Source: a virus (taxonomy: Duplodnaviria > Caudoviricetes). Taken from it: a stretch of 64,000 nt of DNA. Numbering within the stretch: the stretch's first letter is position 1; every line of letters starts with the position of its first letter. This document shows, in pieces, positions 33,975 to 43,863 of the stretch. Under the pieces are notes generated by a model, which saw only the letters and a list, made by a program, of their open reading frames with translations, ran no database searches and had not been told where the DNA came from. The stretch spans positions 3,083-67,082 of the IMG/VR virus record IMGVR_UViG_2918748958_000001. One strand, written 5' to 3'. Made by a program: the position numbers and the translations under genes.

Positions 33975-35264
33975 TCAGCCGCGCGGCTTGATGATCGGCA
34001 CCACCGTGTCGAGGACCGTCACACCGTGGTCGGTGAACTGGGTCTCGTCGCCATGGTCGATAGCGAAGCGAACCTTGGACATGCCCAGGATCGCGCCGAT
34101 CAGGATTTCCAGCTTGTCGCCGTGGTCGTCCTTCTCTTCGCTCCAGAAGAACGGCATGCCGCTGTGCTCCGAAGCGCCGAAGGCCTGAGCCAGGCCCTGG
34201 CCGCCCATCAAGATGGCGCGGTCGATGGCGAACTTCGTGGTGAAGCTGGCCGGCACGACAGCAGCCGACTCGTTTTCGGAGTCGTATGCGGCGCAGTACC
34301 GGATGGTGTCGCCGGCGTAGAAGCGGATCGGCTTGGGCATCTTGACCATCAAGATGCCGCCCCACAGACCTGCTTCCATCAGGAACAGCGGGTGGTCCTT
34401 GGCCAGACGCGCGCGGGCCACCGCGTTCGCCTGGAAGTTCCGGAAGGCCGGGTCCGTGGCGAAACCGCTGTACTGCGCGGGCGAGAGCAGCATCACGCGG
34501 ATCGGGCTGTCGGTTGCTGCCTGGTCGTCGTCGAACTTGACCGGAGGCGGCGGCAGCGGGATCTGGTCGATATAAGTCCGAACGGCATCGACGGTCCCCA
34601 TCTTCAGCAGATCGGTCGAAGCGATGTCGACCTCGCCAGCATTGACCGTGAACTGGTCGATCGCGCCGGCCTTGGCCATGAAGTGCCGGTTCTTGGTCGG
34701 CGCCTTGACGCGGTTAACCAAGATCTCGGAGAACGCCGGGTGCGTTTCGACAGGCACACGCCACTCGATGTTGTCGTGGGAGCCGCGCGCACCTGCAGCG
34801 TGGACCAGGATCGACTGGTCCAGGTAGTCGTCCATCTTCTGCTGCGCGAGCGGGCGTCCGACACGGCGGAGGTCCACCGGGCTTCGGATTTGAGACATCA
34901 CATCGCCCATGTCGATCGGGAAGCGCGCCTGATTGACGCGCAGCCGGTCTTCGGACAGCTTGATGCCCACGCCGCGGCCCTTGGCGTACGCGCTGCCCAT
35001 GATCGGGTAGCCGCCACTCGGGTTGATGAGGTTGAACTTCACCTCGTCGCCCTTACCCTGGCCCAGGTCCTGCGCCTGCACGATCGGCATGTGATTGCTC
35101 GACTGCTTCTTGATCGTGCTGATTGCGCCTTCCAGTTTCGGCATCTTGCCGACCAGCCGGTTCATGGTGGTGTTGCGCTGCTGGCTGACGGCGAAGACGC
35201 CAGCTGCCTGCTGGACCATCGCCTTCGGGTCGCCATACGCGGTTTGCGTCTTGGTTGCGGTCAT
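33975..35264 (-). CDS. major capsid protein (N4-gp56/DUF4043-like)
   Basis: PIVQAQDLGQGKGDEVKFNL and LRVNQARFP; very strong AAGGAGGT RBS. Confidence 0.85.
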   Translation of the reverse strand: MTATKTQTAYGDPKAMVQQAAGVFAVSQQRNTTMNRLVGKMPKLEGAISTIKKQSSNHMPIVQAQDLGQGKGDEVKFNLINPSGGYPIMGSAYAKGRGVGIKLSEDRLRVNQARFPIDMGDVMSQIRSPVDLRRVGRPLAQQKMDDYLDQSILVHAAGARGSHDNIEWRVPVETHPAFSEILVNRVKAPTKNRHFMAKAGAIDQFTVNAGEVDIASTDLLKMGTVDAVRTYIDQIPLPPPPVKFDDDQAATDSPIRVMLLSPAQYSGFATDPAFRNFQANAVARARLAKDHPLFLMEAGLWGGILMVKMPKPIRFYAGDTIRYCAAYDSENESAAVVPASFTTKFAIDRAILMGGQGLAQAFGASEHSGMPFFWSEEKDDHGDKLEILIGAILGMSKVRFAIDHGDETQFTDHGVTVLDTVVPIIKPRG

Positions 35265-35304
35265 TTGACCTCCTTGTGTTGTGGTGCTGCGTGTGCCTAA
35301 TGGC

Positions 35305-36381
35305 TCACAGGGATCGGTTCAGGAACGCATCGATCTGCGCGGGCGTCATGCCCTGCATGGCGTCAGCCATCGATACGGGGTCCATGGCCGCCAGTCGTTC
35401 GTGCGGCGACAGCGCGTCTGCCCGCCCGCCCGGGATGTCCGAGAGGGAGGCCGGCACGGCTGGTGCCGCCGCAGCGATGGCGGCTTGCGCGGCAGCCTTG
35501 GGATCGGCCGCCGCGGCTTGGCTCTTTCCAGTGGCCGCTGCCGCGGCGGGTGCTGCGGTGGCCTTCTTGAAGTCGTTGAACAGTTCGACCACCTGCGCCG
35601 ACGTGCCCTTCTCCAACACACCACGCAGCGTGGGCTGCAGGTAGCTGGGTTGGGCGCCAATCCACTGCTGCAGCTCCGCGCTCTCCGCCAGAGAGCCGGC
35701 GTCGGGGTGTGCCTTGTAGATGGCGTCGTAGTGAGCTTCGCGAGCGCTGAGCTGCTGTTGCTGCTGGTACGGAGCCATGGCCTTGCCAACGTGGGCTTGG
35801 ACCTGCTCCTGCACCTGCTGCACCACCAGCATCTGGATGCCCTTGGCCAGCGCCTCTTCGGAGAAGTCTCCGAAGATGGCCGGGTCGACGCCCTTGTCGA
35901 TGGCCGCTTGCGCGGCCGCCACCTGGTTGTCGGTCTGGGTTGGCGCTTGCCCGGCATCGGCGCGTTGCTGCGCCTGGGCCTGCAACTCGGTGAGCTGGCG
36001 CTGGGCCGTCTCAGCCTGCGCCCGCCAGTGCTGCTCGCCCTCGCGGGCCTGCACCAGCTTCTCGTAGGGGATGGTGTGCTTTCCATCCTTCGCGAGCACG
36101 ACAGCGTTGGTCGCATCGGGCTCGGCGGAAGCTGCTGCGGGCGCCGCGGCGGGCGTTGCTGCTGGGGCGGGCGCAGGTGCGCTGGTGTTCGTGCCGGCGC
36201 CGCCTGCCGCAGCGGGTGCGGAAGCGGGTGCTGCTGCAGCAGTGGTGGACGCGGGCGCGCCACCGTAATCCAGCCCGAAGCTGGTATCGCCCGATGCGAG
36301 CTCGAGGAGCTGCGCAGCCTGCTGCGGCGTCAGTGCGCCGGTGATTTCGTTGTTCTGGAAAAAGTCGTTGGATGTCGTCAT
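35305..36381 (-). CDS. putative scaffolding protein
   Basis: Ala/Gln-rich coiled coil with KDGKHTIPYEKL, directly upstream of the capsid gene; start set at MTTSNDFF. Confidence 0.7.
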   Translation of the reverse strand: MTTSNDFFQNNEITGALTPQQAAQLLELASGDTSFGLDYGGAPASTTAAAAPASAPAAAGGAGTNTSAPAPAPAATPAAAPAAASAEPDATNAVVLAKDGKHTIPYEKLVQAREGEQHWRAQAETAQRQLTELQAQAQQRADAGQAPTQTDNQVAAAQAAIDKGVDPAIFGDFSEEALAKGIQMLVVQQVQEQVQAHVGKAMAPYQQQQQLSAREAHYDAIYKAHPDAGSLAESAELQQWIGAQPSYLQPTLRGVLEKGTSAQVVELFNDFKKATAAPAAAAATGKSQAAAADPKAAAQAAIAAAAPAVPASLSDIPGGRADALSPHERLAAMDPVSMADAMQGMTPAQIDAFLNRSL

Positions 36382-36548
36382 GCCTGTCCCGCCACATATC
36401 GCCGTGGCCGCAAGGGCCAGCAATCCGGTGCAAGACCTCATCGGCCATGCTCCATCTGCTATGGAGACTCACGTCCTCTCGGTCGTGACCTTCACACCGA
36501 CGCTTACGCGCGGTGCTTGGGGGCAGTGTGGGAAAACAGGTTAGAAAA

Positions 36549-36566
36549 ACGAAACCCTACAGGGGG
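36549..36566 (-). promoter_or_regulatory. late-module motif, copy 3
   Basis: Plus strand ACGAAACCCTACAGGGGG, 168 nt upstream of the scaffold ATG. Confidence 0.6.
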
Positions 36567-36619
36567 CAATGACTGGGTCCCCTCCCTCACGTATGCTTCG
36601 CAAAACTTCGGAAGCTGGA

Positions 36620-37399
36620 ATGGCGCACTACTTGCGAGACAAGAAAATTGGATCGCTCACGATTACGGAAGAGGACGTTCGAGAGCTGTGCCAAGTATTT
36701 TTGCGGAGACTGGTTGTAAACAGCGTGGCTGCCGGCTCCGATCAAAATGAGATCAAGGTTTCTCATTTTGTTATCCGCTTTGACAATCGCGGCTACAAGG
36801 TCTATACGACCGAGGACGTTATTACGTATTGGCGTCAGGCCTCGAAGATCGAAAGAATTATTTTCGCCACGGAATCAATTCAAAGCCTCAATTCCAATAG
36901 AGCGAACGGCTCGTTCGTCGAGCTCAAATTGGACCTCACTGACGAGAACTGCTGGATGGTCTCTTCGTCAGATGACAGAGACTGGATGGACGGCTCTTTC
37001 AACGCAGTGGAAGAGCATCTAGCAAAGTGTAAAAACCGGCACGGCCTAGTTAGAACTCCTTGGACACCATTTATTGTCTACGTGGTTGGCCAGGGAATAA
37101 TGCTCACCTTCAGCCTCTGGCTCGCAGTGAAGATCGCCCCACGATTGGCCGTTGACAACCCGGTCATCGTTGGGTTCATTATTCTCTTCTTTCTCTACCT
37201 GCCGATATGGAATTTCATCCACGGTCAGACCATCCGTCTCATCGGACAGGCTTTCCCGCCTGTCAAATTTCACAAGCAAAGTAGAAGCCTGCATTGGTTT
37301 GGGCAGGCGCTCGTCGGCGCATTGGTAATCGCCGCTCTTGGGCAAGCCGGTAGCTGGTTCCTCAGCCTGCTTGGGCAACTGATCAAAACCACCCCTTAG
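36620..37399 (+). CDS. antisense accessory protein with C-terminal TM helices
   Basis: Lower GC; soluble N-terminal domain plus about three hydrophobic segments. Confidence 0.8.
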   Translation: MAHYLRDKKIGSLTITEEDVRELCQVFLRRLVVNSVAAGSDQNEIKVSHFVIRFDNRGYKVYTTEDVITYWRQASKIERIIFATESIQSLNSNRANGSFVELKLDLTDENCWMVSSSDDRDWMDGSFNAVEEHLAKCKNRHGLVRTPWTPFIVYVVGQGIMLTFSLWLAVKIAPRLAVDNPVIVGFIILFFLYLPIWNFIHGQTIRLIGQAFPPVKFHKQSRSLHWFGQALVGALVIAALGQAGSWFLSLLGQLIKTTP

Positions 37400-37494
37400 C
37401 AGTCCCCCTAGAACGCTCGTGATGCCGGCACGTCTTCCGCCGGTTCGGCGTCTCGATAATTGAGGCGGCAAGCCGATTCGCTAGGCGGCTTCAG

Positions 37495-38346
37495 ATGTCG
37501 CAGAATTACTGCATGGACCAGAATCAGCTGCCTTCCGAAAAGCTCGTGCCCGACCGGATCCACGCCGCCGTTCAAGCCAACAAGGCTGCTCTTCAGGGCC
37601 TGCTCAACGCCGTCAAAATTAGCCTCGAAACTCTCCGTCCTGAGTTGGAATATCTCTGGGACTCATGGGTGAAGATGGCGCCTTCGCTTGCCGATCTAAT
37701 AGCTGCTTGGGACAAGATGCCAGGCGAGTACCGCGATGCGTTGATGGTCATTGCAAACGAGGGCTGGTATCTCGATCCCGACGAGATGGCATTTGACGAA
37801 CCGGCCAGAATCGCGCGCGCTTACTCTGAAGGCCGTCACCAGGAGGCCGAAGACCAGTTGTTGGCGCACTACCGAGCGCGGCTCGCGGGCATTGAGGATG
37901 CCCTCATTCAGCAGTTCCCCGCTCGCGCCGCGGTTCTGAGGCAAGCATTCGAAGCCCACCGCCAAGGGTTGTACTTCACATCGGTGCCTACGCTGTTCAC
38001 GCAAATTGACGGCGTGTGCTTGGATATTTCAACCCACCACCTCTTCATGAAGGGTAGAGGCGAGACGAGAACCGGCGTCGCACCCTATGTTGACCAGATC
38101 GCCGACAACGCACTCTCACAGGCAATGCTGGCGCCGTTCCTCGAGCCTCACGCCGTCCTGCTCAGTGAGAAACAGAGGGCGCCAGGCTTTTCGAAGTTAA
38201 ATCGCCACATGGTGCTTCACGGCGAATCGTTCGACTACGGCACGGAGGCAAATAGCCTCCGCGCTGTTTCGTTGCTGTTCTATGCAGCTCGCGCACTCAA
38301 CGAGTTCGGCACCACGCCGAGAGCAGCAGCGACGCCCTCCCCCTAG
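37495..38346 (+). CDS. HEPN-like protein (candidate RNase)
   Basis: C-terminal LNRHMVLHG (Rx4H) followed by YGTEANSL; helical. Confidence 0.7.
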   Translation: MSQNYCMDQNQLPSEKLVPDRIHAAVQANKAALQGLLNAVKISLETLRPELEYLWDSWVKMAPSLADLIAAWDKMPGEYRDALMVIANEGWYLDPDEMAFDEPARIARAYSEGRHQEAEDQLLAHYRARLAGIEDALIQQFPARAAVLRQAFEAHRQGLYFTSVPTLFTQIDGVCLDISTHHLFMKGRGETRTGVAPYVDQIADNALSQAMLAPFLEPHAVLLSEKQRAPGFSKLNRHMVLHGESFDYGTEANSLRAVSLLFYAARALNEFGTTPRAAATPSP

Positions 38347-38397
38347 ATCTGGGTCGGGGCGCTCCAACTTGTGGGGGCACATCTATGAAGCAAATGG

Positions 38398-38426
38398 AAA
38401 AGGCCCGCTGGAATACAGCGGGCCTT
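38398..38426 (-). terminator. intrinsic terminator
   Basis: AAGGCCCGCTG-GAATA-CAGCGGGCCTT with a T-run on the - strand. Confidence 0.75.
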
Positions 38427-38740
38427 CGGAATGGTGGGGGCGTCAGCTCTTGACTGCCCGCTCTGTCTCTCACTTGTCCCTTGTTCTATCGGCCCGGTGT
38501 TTTTCCCCATAGTGACGCACACTCGGACTTCACAGCTTCAAAAACGGTGAGCACGCTGAATTGCAGGTTGAATTGCATACTGATCTCCAGGTTGAAAGTT
38601 GCAGAAAGGCCAACAAACACGCAGAGGAACAGCAACGGGCCGTTTACAAGGTCTTGGAGCGAGGTAAACGCGGCGAACGCACTTGCCAAGTCATCGATCT
38701 GGAAACAGTATAGTTTGAAACTAAGGCTAGACTTCTAAAG

Positions 38741-41062
38741 CTAGGCGACGATATTGTCTGTGGTTCGCGCGGTCTCAATGCCGCTCAGTGGCGATGCGCC
38801 ATCCACTGCACGCGCGGGGAACGTCGGACTGGTGTTCTCGCGCACAGGCGGCGCTACGTCGGCTTCCGGCAAGGCCGCAGCGCCGGTGTCCTGGACGTAA
38901 GGATGTGGCATGTTCATCGCGGCTGCAGCGGCCGGCGTCGGGAAGTTGGGATCGTCACCGCCTGGGGTGGGCCGCTTGTAGCCGGCGCCCTGCATGATGG
39001 CGTCGGCGATCGGCGCGATCATCGGCATCTGTGCCACTTGCGCCCCGCCCTGCATGGCCGCAAACGCTGCCTGCACACCGGTCTGCACCGCCTGCGCCAT
39101 CACCTGCTTGATCTGCGCGTCGGTCAGCCGCTCCTTCATGTCGAGCTCGCGGGCCTTCAGGTCGTGGCCAGCCAGCTTGACCTCTTGCGCCACGCGCTCT
39201 TGGATCTGCTTCTCGATGTCCTCCGGCGAGGCCTGCTGGCCAGCGGCGCGCAACGCTTCCACCAGGTCGCGCTTGAACGGCACGTCCATGAGGCTGGCCA
39301 AGAACGGCATGGCCGCGGCCTGGTACTGCGCCGGCAGGCTCTTGACGGCCTCGCTCATTGCGTTGAGCTGCTGACCGCGATAGCTCGAGCTGCTCGGCAC
39401 GTCCTCGAGTGCGACCTTCAGGCGCGTGCGCTGCAGGTCATTGGACAGGTAGGCCACGCCGGTCCTCGGATCGGTCTCGGGCTTGTTGATGAGGATCGTG
39501 CGATCGGGCGTGATGGCATCGCCCTCGATGACGATGGTGTGCGGCTCGCGGCCCATGTCCTCGACGATCATTGCCAACAGCAACTCGCCGACCTGGGAGC
39601 GCGCGGCCTTGAAGTTGTCCATCAGGTGTGCGAGGCCCTGGTTCGCCTGCTCCACCTGCGTCTCTTCCTGCACGCCGCTGGTGGCGGTGCCGCGCCGGCC
39701 GGAGAACGCCGAGGCGGCCGCCGGCGACACGCGCTCCAGCGCCATGCGCGCATCGTTGAGCATCTGCAGTTGCTGGTCGGTGAGTTGCACGTCGCGCTTC
39801 ACCTCGAACCGGGCGCCCGGCTGCGCCATGTGCGTCGGGTCCAACAGGATGTCGGCGTTGCGGCGCCCGACCTGGCGTCGCAGTTGCTCGTCGGTCATGG
39901 CCACTGCGCCCTTGGTGCGCTCCACGCGATAGGCAGTCATGCCCCACGTCATCGCCGCGGTGCCGCTGTTGAGGCGGTCCTGCTGGAAGATCATGCCGCG
40001 CACCAGACCGTAGGGCACGCGCGTGCCGTCCTCGCGGTAGCCCCAGAACGGCACGTAAGGGAAGTGCCGATGGGTGTACGGGCTGGGCCCGTCGTGCAGG
40101 CGGTGCGGCCCGAGCCAGAAGCTGCGGCGCACGCGAGGGATGACAGCGTGCTGCGGCCGCACGAGACCACGCGCCAGCGAGTAGTTGTGCACCGGGTTGT
40201 TGGCGTCGTACTCCACCACGCGGCCGTCGGGCGATCGCAGGACCGTCGCCTCCGCCCAGCGGCGGTACCAGACCTCTGCCACGCTCATGTCCTTGCTGAC
40301 CGGGTCGTACCAGTTGTGCTCGGCCACCGTCCAACCGCGCGCCGCATCCCAGGCGCCGGTCGTCAGCCCGGTTGAACCACCGCCGTCGAGCGCTTCAGGC
40401 GACAGGTTCACCCACCAGGATTGGCCATGCCGACCACATTCGAGGATGAGCTCGCGATGCTTCGGGAACACCTTGGCGATGCGACTCGGTTGCAGCCAGC
40501 GCTCGCGGCGCAGGTATCGCGCATCGCTCAGGTCGTCCTCCTTGGCATAGAAGTCCCAGTAGATCTCGTTGCGGTGCACAGCAGAACACCGATACGGGTA
40601 CTTGAAGGGGTCCAACTCGCGCGAGACCTCCACCCAGCCGAGGCCCACGGCCGCCTGCGGGCGGAAGGCCTTCGAGCACGCCTGGTCTGCCTTCGAGTGC
40701 CGCTCGGCCTCGTTGAGTCGGAAGTTCAGGGCGTCGGCGACGTCCTGTCCATCCGGCTGCCCATTGGGCGAGACTCGCCAGTCGGTGCGCACCGAGGCCT
40801 CGTAGCCCTGAATGGCCAGCAGCGCGGGCCCGATCAGGTCTTCCTTCGCAGGCGGAATGCCGAGGTCCTTCTGCGCACGCAGCAGCTCGGTGTCGAGCTG
40901 GTTGCCATCGGCATAGTCGAGCTCCTTGTCTGCCACGCCACGCCACGGCGGCTGCTGCTCGATCTCGTAGATGAACTGGCGGTATTCCTCGAGGGTGAGT
41001 GCGCCGTCGGCGTCCATCTCCTCCTCCATGCTCGGGGTGGTGGTGTTGTTGCTCATGTTCAT
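38741..41062 (-). CDS. portal protein (P22-like)
   Basis: 773 aa directly after terL; PWRGVADKELDYADGNQ and HRHFPYVPFWG; GGAG RBS. Confidence 0.85.
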   Translation of the reverse strand: MNMSNNTTTPSMEEEMDADGALTLEEYRQFIYEIEQQPPWRGVADKELDYADGNQLDTELLRAQKDLGIPPAKEDLIGPALLAIQGYEASVRTDWRVSPNGQPDGQDVADALNFRLNEAERHSKADQACSKAFRPQAAVGLGWVEVSRELDPFKYPYRCSAVHRNEIYWDFYAKEDDLSDARYLRRERWLQPSRIAKVFPKHRELILECGRHGQSWWVNLSPEALDGGGSTGLTTGAWDAARGWTVAEHNWYDPVSKDMSVAEVWYRRWAEATVLRSPDGRVVEYDANNPVHNYSLARGLVRPQHAVIPRVRRSFWLGPHRLHDGPSPYTHRHFPYVPFWGYREDGTRVPYGLVRGMIFQQDRLNSGTAAMTWGMTAYRVERTKGAVAMTDEQLRRQVGRRNADILLDPTHMAQPGARFEVKRDVQLTDQQLQMLNDARMALERVSPAAASAFSGRRGTATSGVQEETQVEQANQGLAHLMDNFKAARSQVGELLLAMIVEDMGREPHTIVIEGDAITPDRTILINKPETDPRTGVAYLSNDLQRTRLKVALEDVPSSSSYRGQQLNAMSEAVKSLPAQYQAAAMPFLASLMDVPFKRDLVEALRAAGQQASPEDIEKQIQERVAQEVKLAGHDLKARELDMKERLTDAQIKQVMAQAVQTGVQAAFAAMQGGAQVAQMPMIAPIADAIMQGAGYKRPTPGGDDPNFPTPAAAAAMNMPHPYVQDTGAAALPEADVAPPVRENTSPTFPARAVDGASPLSGIETARTTDNIVA

Positions 41063-41071
41063 TGGGTGCTC

Positions 41072-42832
41072 CTACGCGCGCCAGTCGGAGACGGGCGCTT
41101 CGACGTAGGCGGTGTTCTGGGTGAGGTTGGCCAGCAGGCCAAGCTCCTTGGCCTGGGCCCACTGGCGCAGCGCGTCCGCGCCTTCAGTGCAGCCGTTGCT
41201 CTTGTCGGGCTGGTCGATGAAGCGGTTCTCAGAGGTGCTGTACTTCTTCTTGTAGCCTTGGATGCGCTCGATGCCCTGCTTCGTGCCATCGAGGTCGAAG
41301 AAGGCGCCCTTGATGTGCTTGCGCACGCTGTAGATGCCGGTCATCAGCTCGGTGACGCGCGGCACGATGAAGAAGGCCTGGCCAGGCATCAGAAGCTGCA
41401 GTTGCTCTCGGGTGCTGCGGTTGTAGTCGCCGAGACGCTTGTGGTCGGCGTCATGGGGCAGGAAGTGCCCACCGTAGAGGTAGCCTCGCTCTTGGAGGTG
41501 GCGCGCATAGTGGCGCAGGTCCTCCTCGTGCTCCTCGTAGTAGCCGATGAAGCGGTCTTCGTTGCGCAGCATCTGCATGAACCAGATCGCCGTGCCGTCG
41601 CTGTTCCCGATGTCCCAGAACGTGAACACGGGCAGGTCCAGCAAGGGCACCTGGCAAATGGCGCCACGCTTGCGCAGCAGCACCATGTCCTTCGCGTAGT
41701 AGTGGCCGGCGGTGGACTGCTGGAATGCCTCCTCGGGGGTCGAGGGGTACTCCTGCCACATGCGCTCCTCTTTGCCGGAGAAGTCGTTGCGCAGCTTTTC
41801 GACGTACCAGGCGCGCTGACCCGGGTCGATCTTGGCGTCGATCTTCGTTTCGAGCTCGTCGAAGTAGTCGTGCTGCTCGGGCGTGACGGGCACGCCAACC
41901 GGGTCGATCGAATAGGCCGGGTCCTGCCACCATGCGTAGAAGTGGAAGCGGTACTGGCTGGGCGTCAGCTTGCGCGCGCCCGCCACCAGCGCCTGCGCCC
42001 GCTGGCAGATCTCGTAGAACTCGCCCTCCGTACCTTCGGCAGTGCTCTCGATGACCAGGATGCCAGACAGCGGCACGGCCTGGAACGAGCCGGTCACCAC
42101 TTCGTTGGCCTTCGCCGGGAACTTGGCACAGATCTTCCCGAACTCGGAGACGTGCAGGCGGTGGATGGTGCCGCCACGCACGCTGGTGGCCACGCGGATG
42201 CTGCTGTTGTTGTGGCCGAACAGCAGCTCCTTCGTGCTGGCGCGGGCGAGCGGGAAGCGCTGGCGGATCTCCTCGGGCAAGTGGTCGTAGGCGAACACAA
42301 CCTTGTCTCGGAAGATGGCCTCGGCCGTCTCCCGGTCCTGGGCGATCATGCCGCAGCGCTGGTTCCCGTTGAACAGGGCGTGGTCGAGCCAGAGGATGGC
42401 AATCAGCGTAGTAAAGCCGAGCTGCCGGGCCTTGAGGATGGCGTTGCGGTGCCAGAGCCGCGTGATGAAGCGCCGCTGGGCCCGGTTGGGCTTGAACGGC
42501 ATGACGAAGGAGTCGCCTTCGTCGATGATCTCGCCCGCAGCGTTCTTTACCGGCTCGCCCTTGACGATGATCTGGTACAAGCAGCCGCTGAACAGGCGCC
42601 ATTCTGGGTCGCGCAGGCAGCGCTCGAGCTCCGCCGCATTGGTTGGCAGGATCTCAGCGTGCTTGGCGATGTGCGGCCCGCGCTTGGGCCGGCGCCGGTT
42701 GTCCCAGCGATGCCCGAGCTGCACGTCGACCGCGCGGCCGGCATCTACATCCAGCGCGGTGTCGTCTTCATCGAGCGTGCCGGCGTCGGCCAGGCTCGAG
42801 GCCTGCTTAGCCTGGACGGCCATCGTCGACAT
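41072..42832 (-). CDS. terL: terminase large subunit
   Basis: Walker A-like ILKARQLGFTT, LHVSEFG, IESTAEG and the nuclease FWDIG motif. The start could alternatively be 42823. Confidence 0.95.
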   Translation of the reverse strand: MSTMAVQAKQASSLADAGTLDEDDTALDVDAGRAVDVQLGHRWDNRRRPKRGPHIAKHAEILPTNAAELERCLRDPEWRLFSGCLYQIIVKGEPVKNAAGEIIDEGDSFVMPFKPNRAQRRFITRLWHRNAILKARQLGFTTLIAILWLDHALFNGNQRCGMIAQDRETAEAIFRDKVVFAYDHLPEEIRQRFPLARASTKELLFGHNNSSIRVATSVRGGTIHRLHVSEFGKICAKFPAKANEVVTGSFQAVPLSGILVIESTAEGTEGEFYEICQRAQALVAGARKLTPSQYRFHFYAWWQDPAYSIDPVGVPVTPEQHDYFDELETKIDAKIDPGQRAWYVEKLRNDFSGKEERMWQEYPSTPEEAFQQSTAGHYYAKDMVLLRKRGAICQVPLLDLPVFTFWDIGNSDGTAIWFMQMLRNEDRFIGYYEEHEEDLRHYARHLQERGYLYGGHFLPHDADHKRLGDYNRSTREQLQLLMPGQAFFIVPRVTELMTGIYSVRKHIKGAFFDLDGTKQGIERIQGYKKKYSTSENRFIDQPDKSNGCTEGADALRQWAQAKELGLLANLTQNTAYVEAPVSDWRA

Positions 42833-43772
42833 CCTCCCGCGGCATCAGGCTGTTGGGGCCCGTCGGGGCTTCTGGCGTCTCCGGGTCGTTCGCGACGGGC
42901 CGGAACCCATTGCCGTTTCCGTTGGCGATGCTGTGCAGCAGCGCGGCCAGCGGGTCGGTCTTCTGCTGGTTGTCCTTCTCGTAGAGGCCGAGGTGCTTGA
43001 ACAGCTTCTCCATCGCCGCGCCTTTGTCGTGCATGGCGATCTCGATGCCGTACTTCGTCATCTTGGCGCCGGCGTAGAGAGCGCGCGCCGAGCCCGAGAG
43101 GTGGCGCGTGTCGGCCAGCACGGTGCGCGGGTTGCCGTCACCGCCGCAGTCAGGGCATGCAGGGTGTGGCGGTTTGAGCGGATCGAAGCCGATGCCACCC
43201 TTCTCGTCGAACTCGGCCAGGTTGCCGCCCTTGAGGGCGAACTGCTCGCGGTCGTGGTTGAACTCGCCGATGGTGCGCTGGAACTTGAAGCCCTCGCCCC
43301 AGCAATGCCGGCAGCAGCCGACCTTCACCTGCACCAGCTCGCGCGGATCGGCGAAGACGATGTTCCACGCCTCCAGCACCACGCGATCCGCCTCGATGTG
43401 GGTGCGCTGCTGCTGGCGCAATCGGGCTTCAGCGATGGCAACCTGGATGTACGGTTTTGACAGGTTCTCCGACGCCATCTGCCGCGCCGTGTCCGGGCTG
43501 TAGCCGGCGCGGATGGCAGCCTGCGTGCCGTTCAGGTCCACGAGGTACTCGTCGACGAAGCGCTGCTGGAGGTCGGTGAGGCCGAGCTGCGGCGGCTCTG
43601 CGGGAGCGGTAGGTATTGGCCGCGCCTGGCGAGCTGGCTTCTTCGGCTTGGCCTTGACTGGGGGCGCCTTCTTGCGCGCGGGCGCCACCGCAACCTTCTT
43701 CGGGGCGGCGGCGGGCTTGGTGGTCTTCTTCGGTGCGAGTGCTGGCTTCTTTGCCGGCTTGCGAGTTGCCAT
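42807..43772 (-). CDS. terS: terminase small subunit
   Basis: QQRFVDEYLVDLNGTQAAIRAGYS signature; also a CRHC..CPDC Zn-binding insert. Confidence 0.9.
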   Translation of the reverse strand: MATRKPAKKPALAPKKTTKPAAAPKKVAVAPARKKAPPVKAKPKKPARQARPIPTAPAEPPQLGLTDLQQRFVDEYLVDLNGTQAAIRAGYSPDTARQMASENLSKPYIQVAIAEARLRQQQRTHIEADRVVLEAWNIVFADPRELVQVKVGCCRHCWGEGFKFQRTIGEFNHDREQFALKGGNLAEFDEKGGIGFDPLKPPHPACPDCGGDGNPRTVLADTRHLSGSARALYAGAKMTKYGIEIAMHDKGAAMEKLFKHLGLYEKDNQQKTDPLAALLHSIANGNGNGFRPVANDPETPEAPTGPNSLMPREDVDDGRPG

Positions 43773-43803
43773 GCGCGGGAGTCTTCCCGGCTTGGGCTAC
43801 TGA

Positions 43804-43821
43804 GTCGAACCCTATAGGGGG
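43804..43821 (-). promoter_or_regulatory. late-module motif, copy 4
   Basis: Plus strand GTCGAACCCTATAGGGGG, 32 nt upstream of the terS ATG. Confidence 0.7.
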
Positions 43822-43863
43822 ATGCCGAAGTCGACTAGACGTCTTTCTCGCGCTTCGCCGCCG

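Noticed and set aside
40421-43000. 859-aa + strand ORF
   Set aside because: In-register shadow of portal and terL in strongly GC3-biased DNA, with no coupled start or stop. Kept as a control showing that long shadow ORFs arise by chance.
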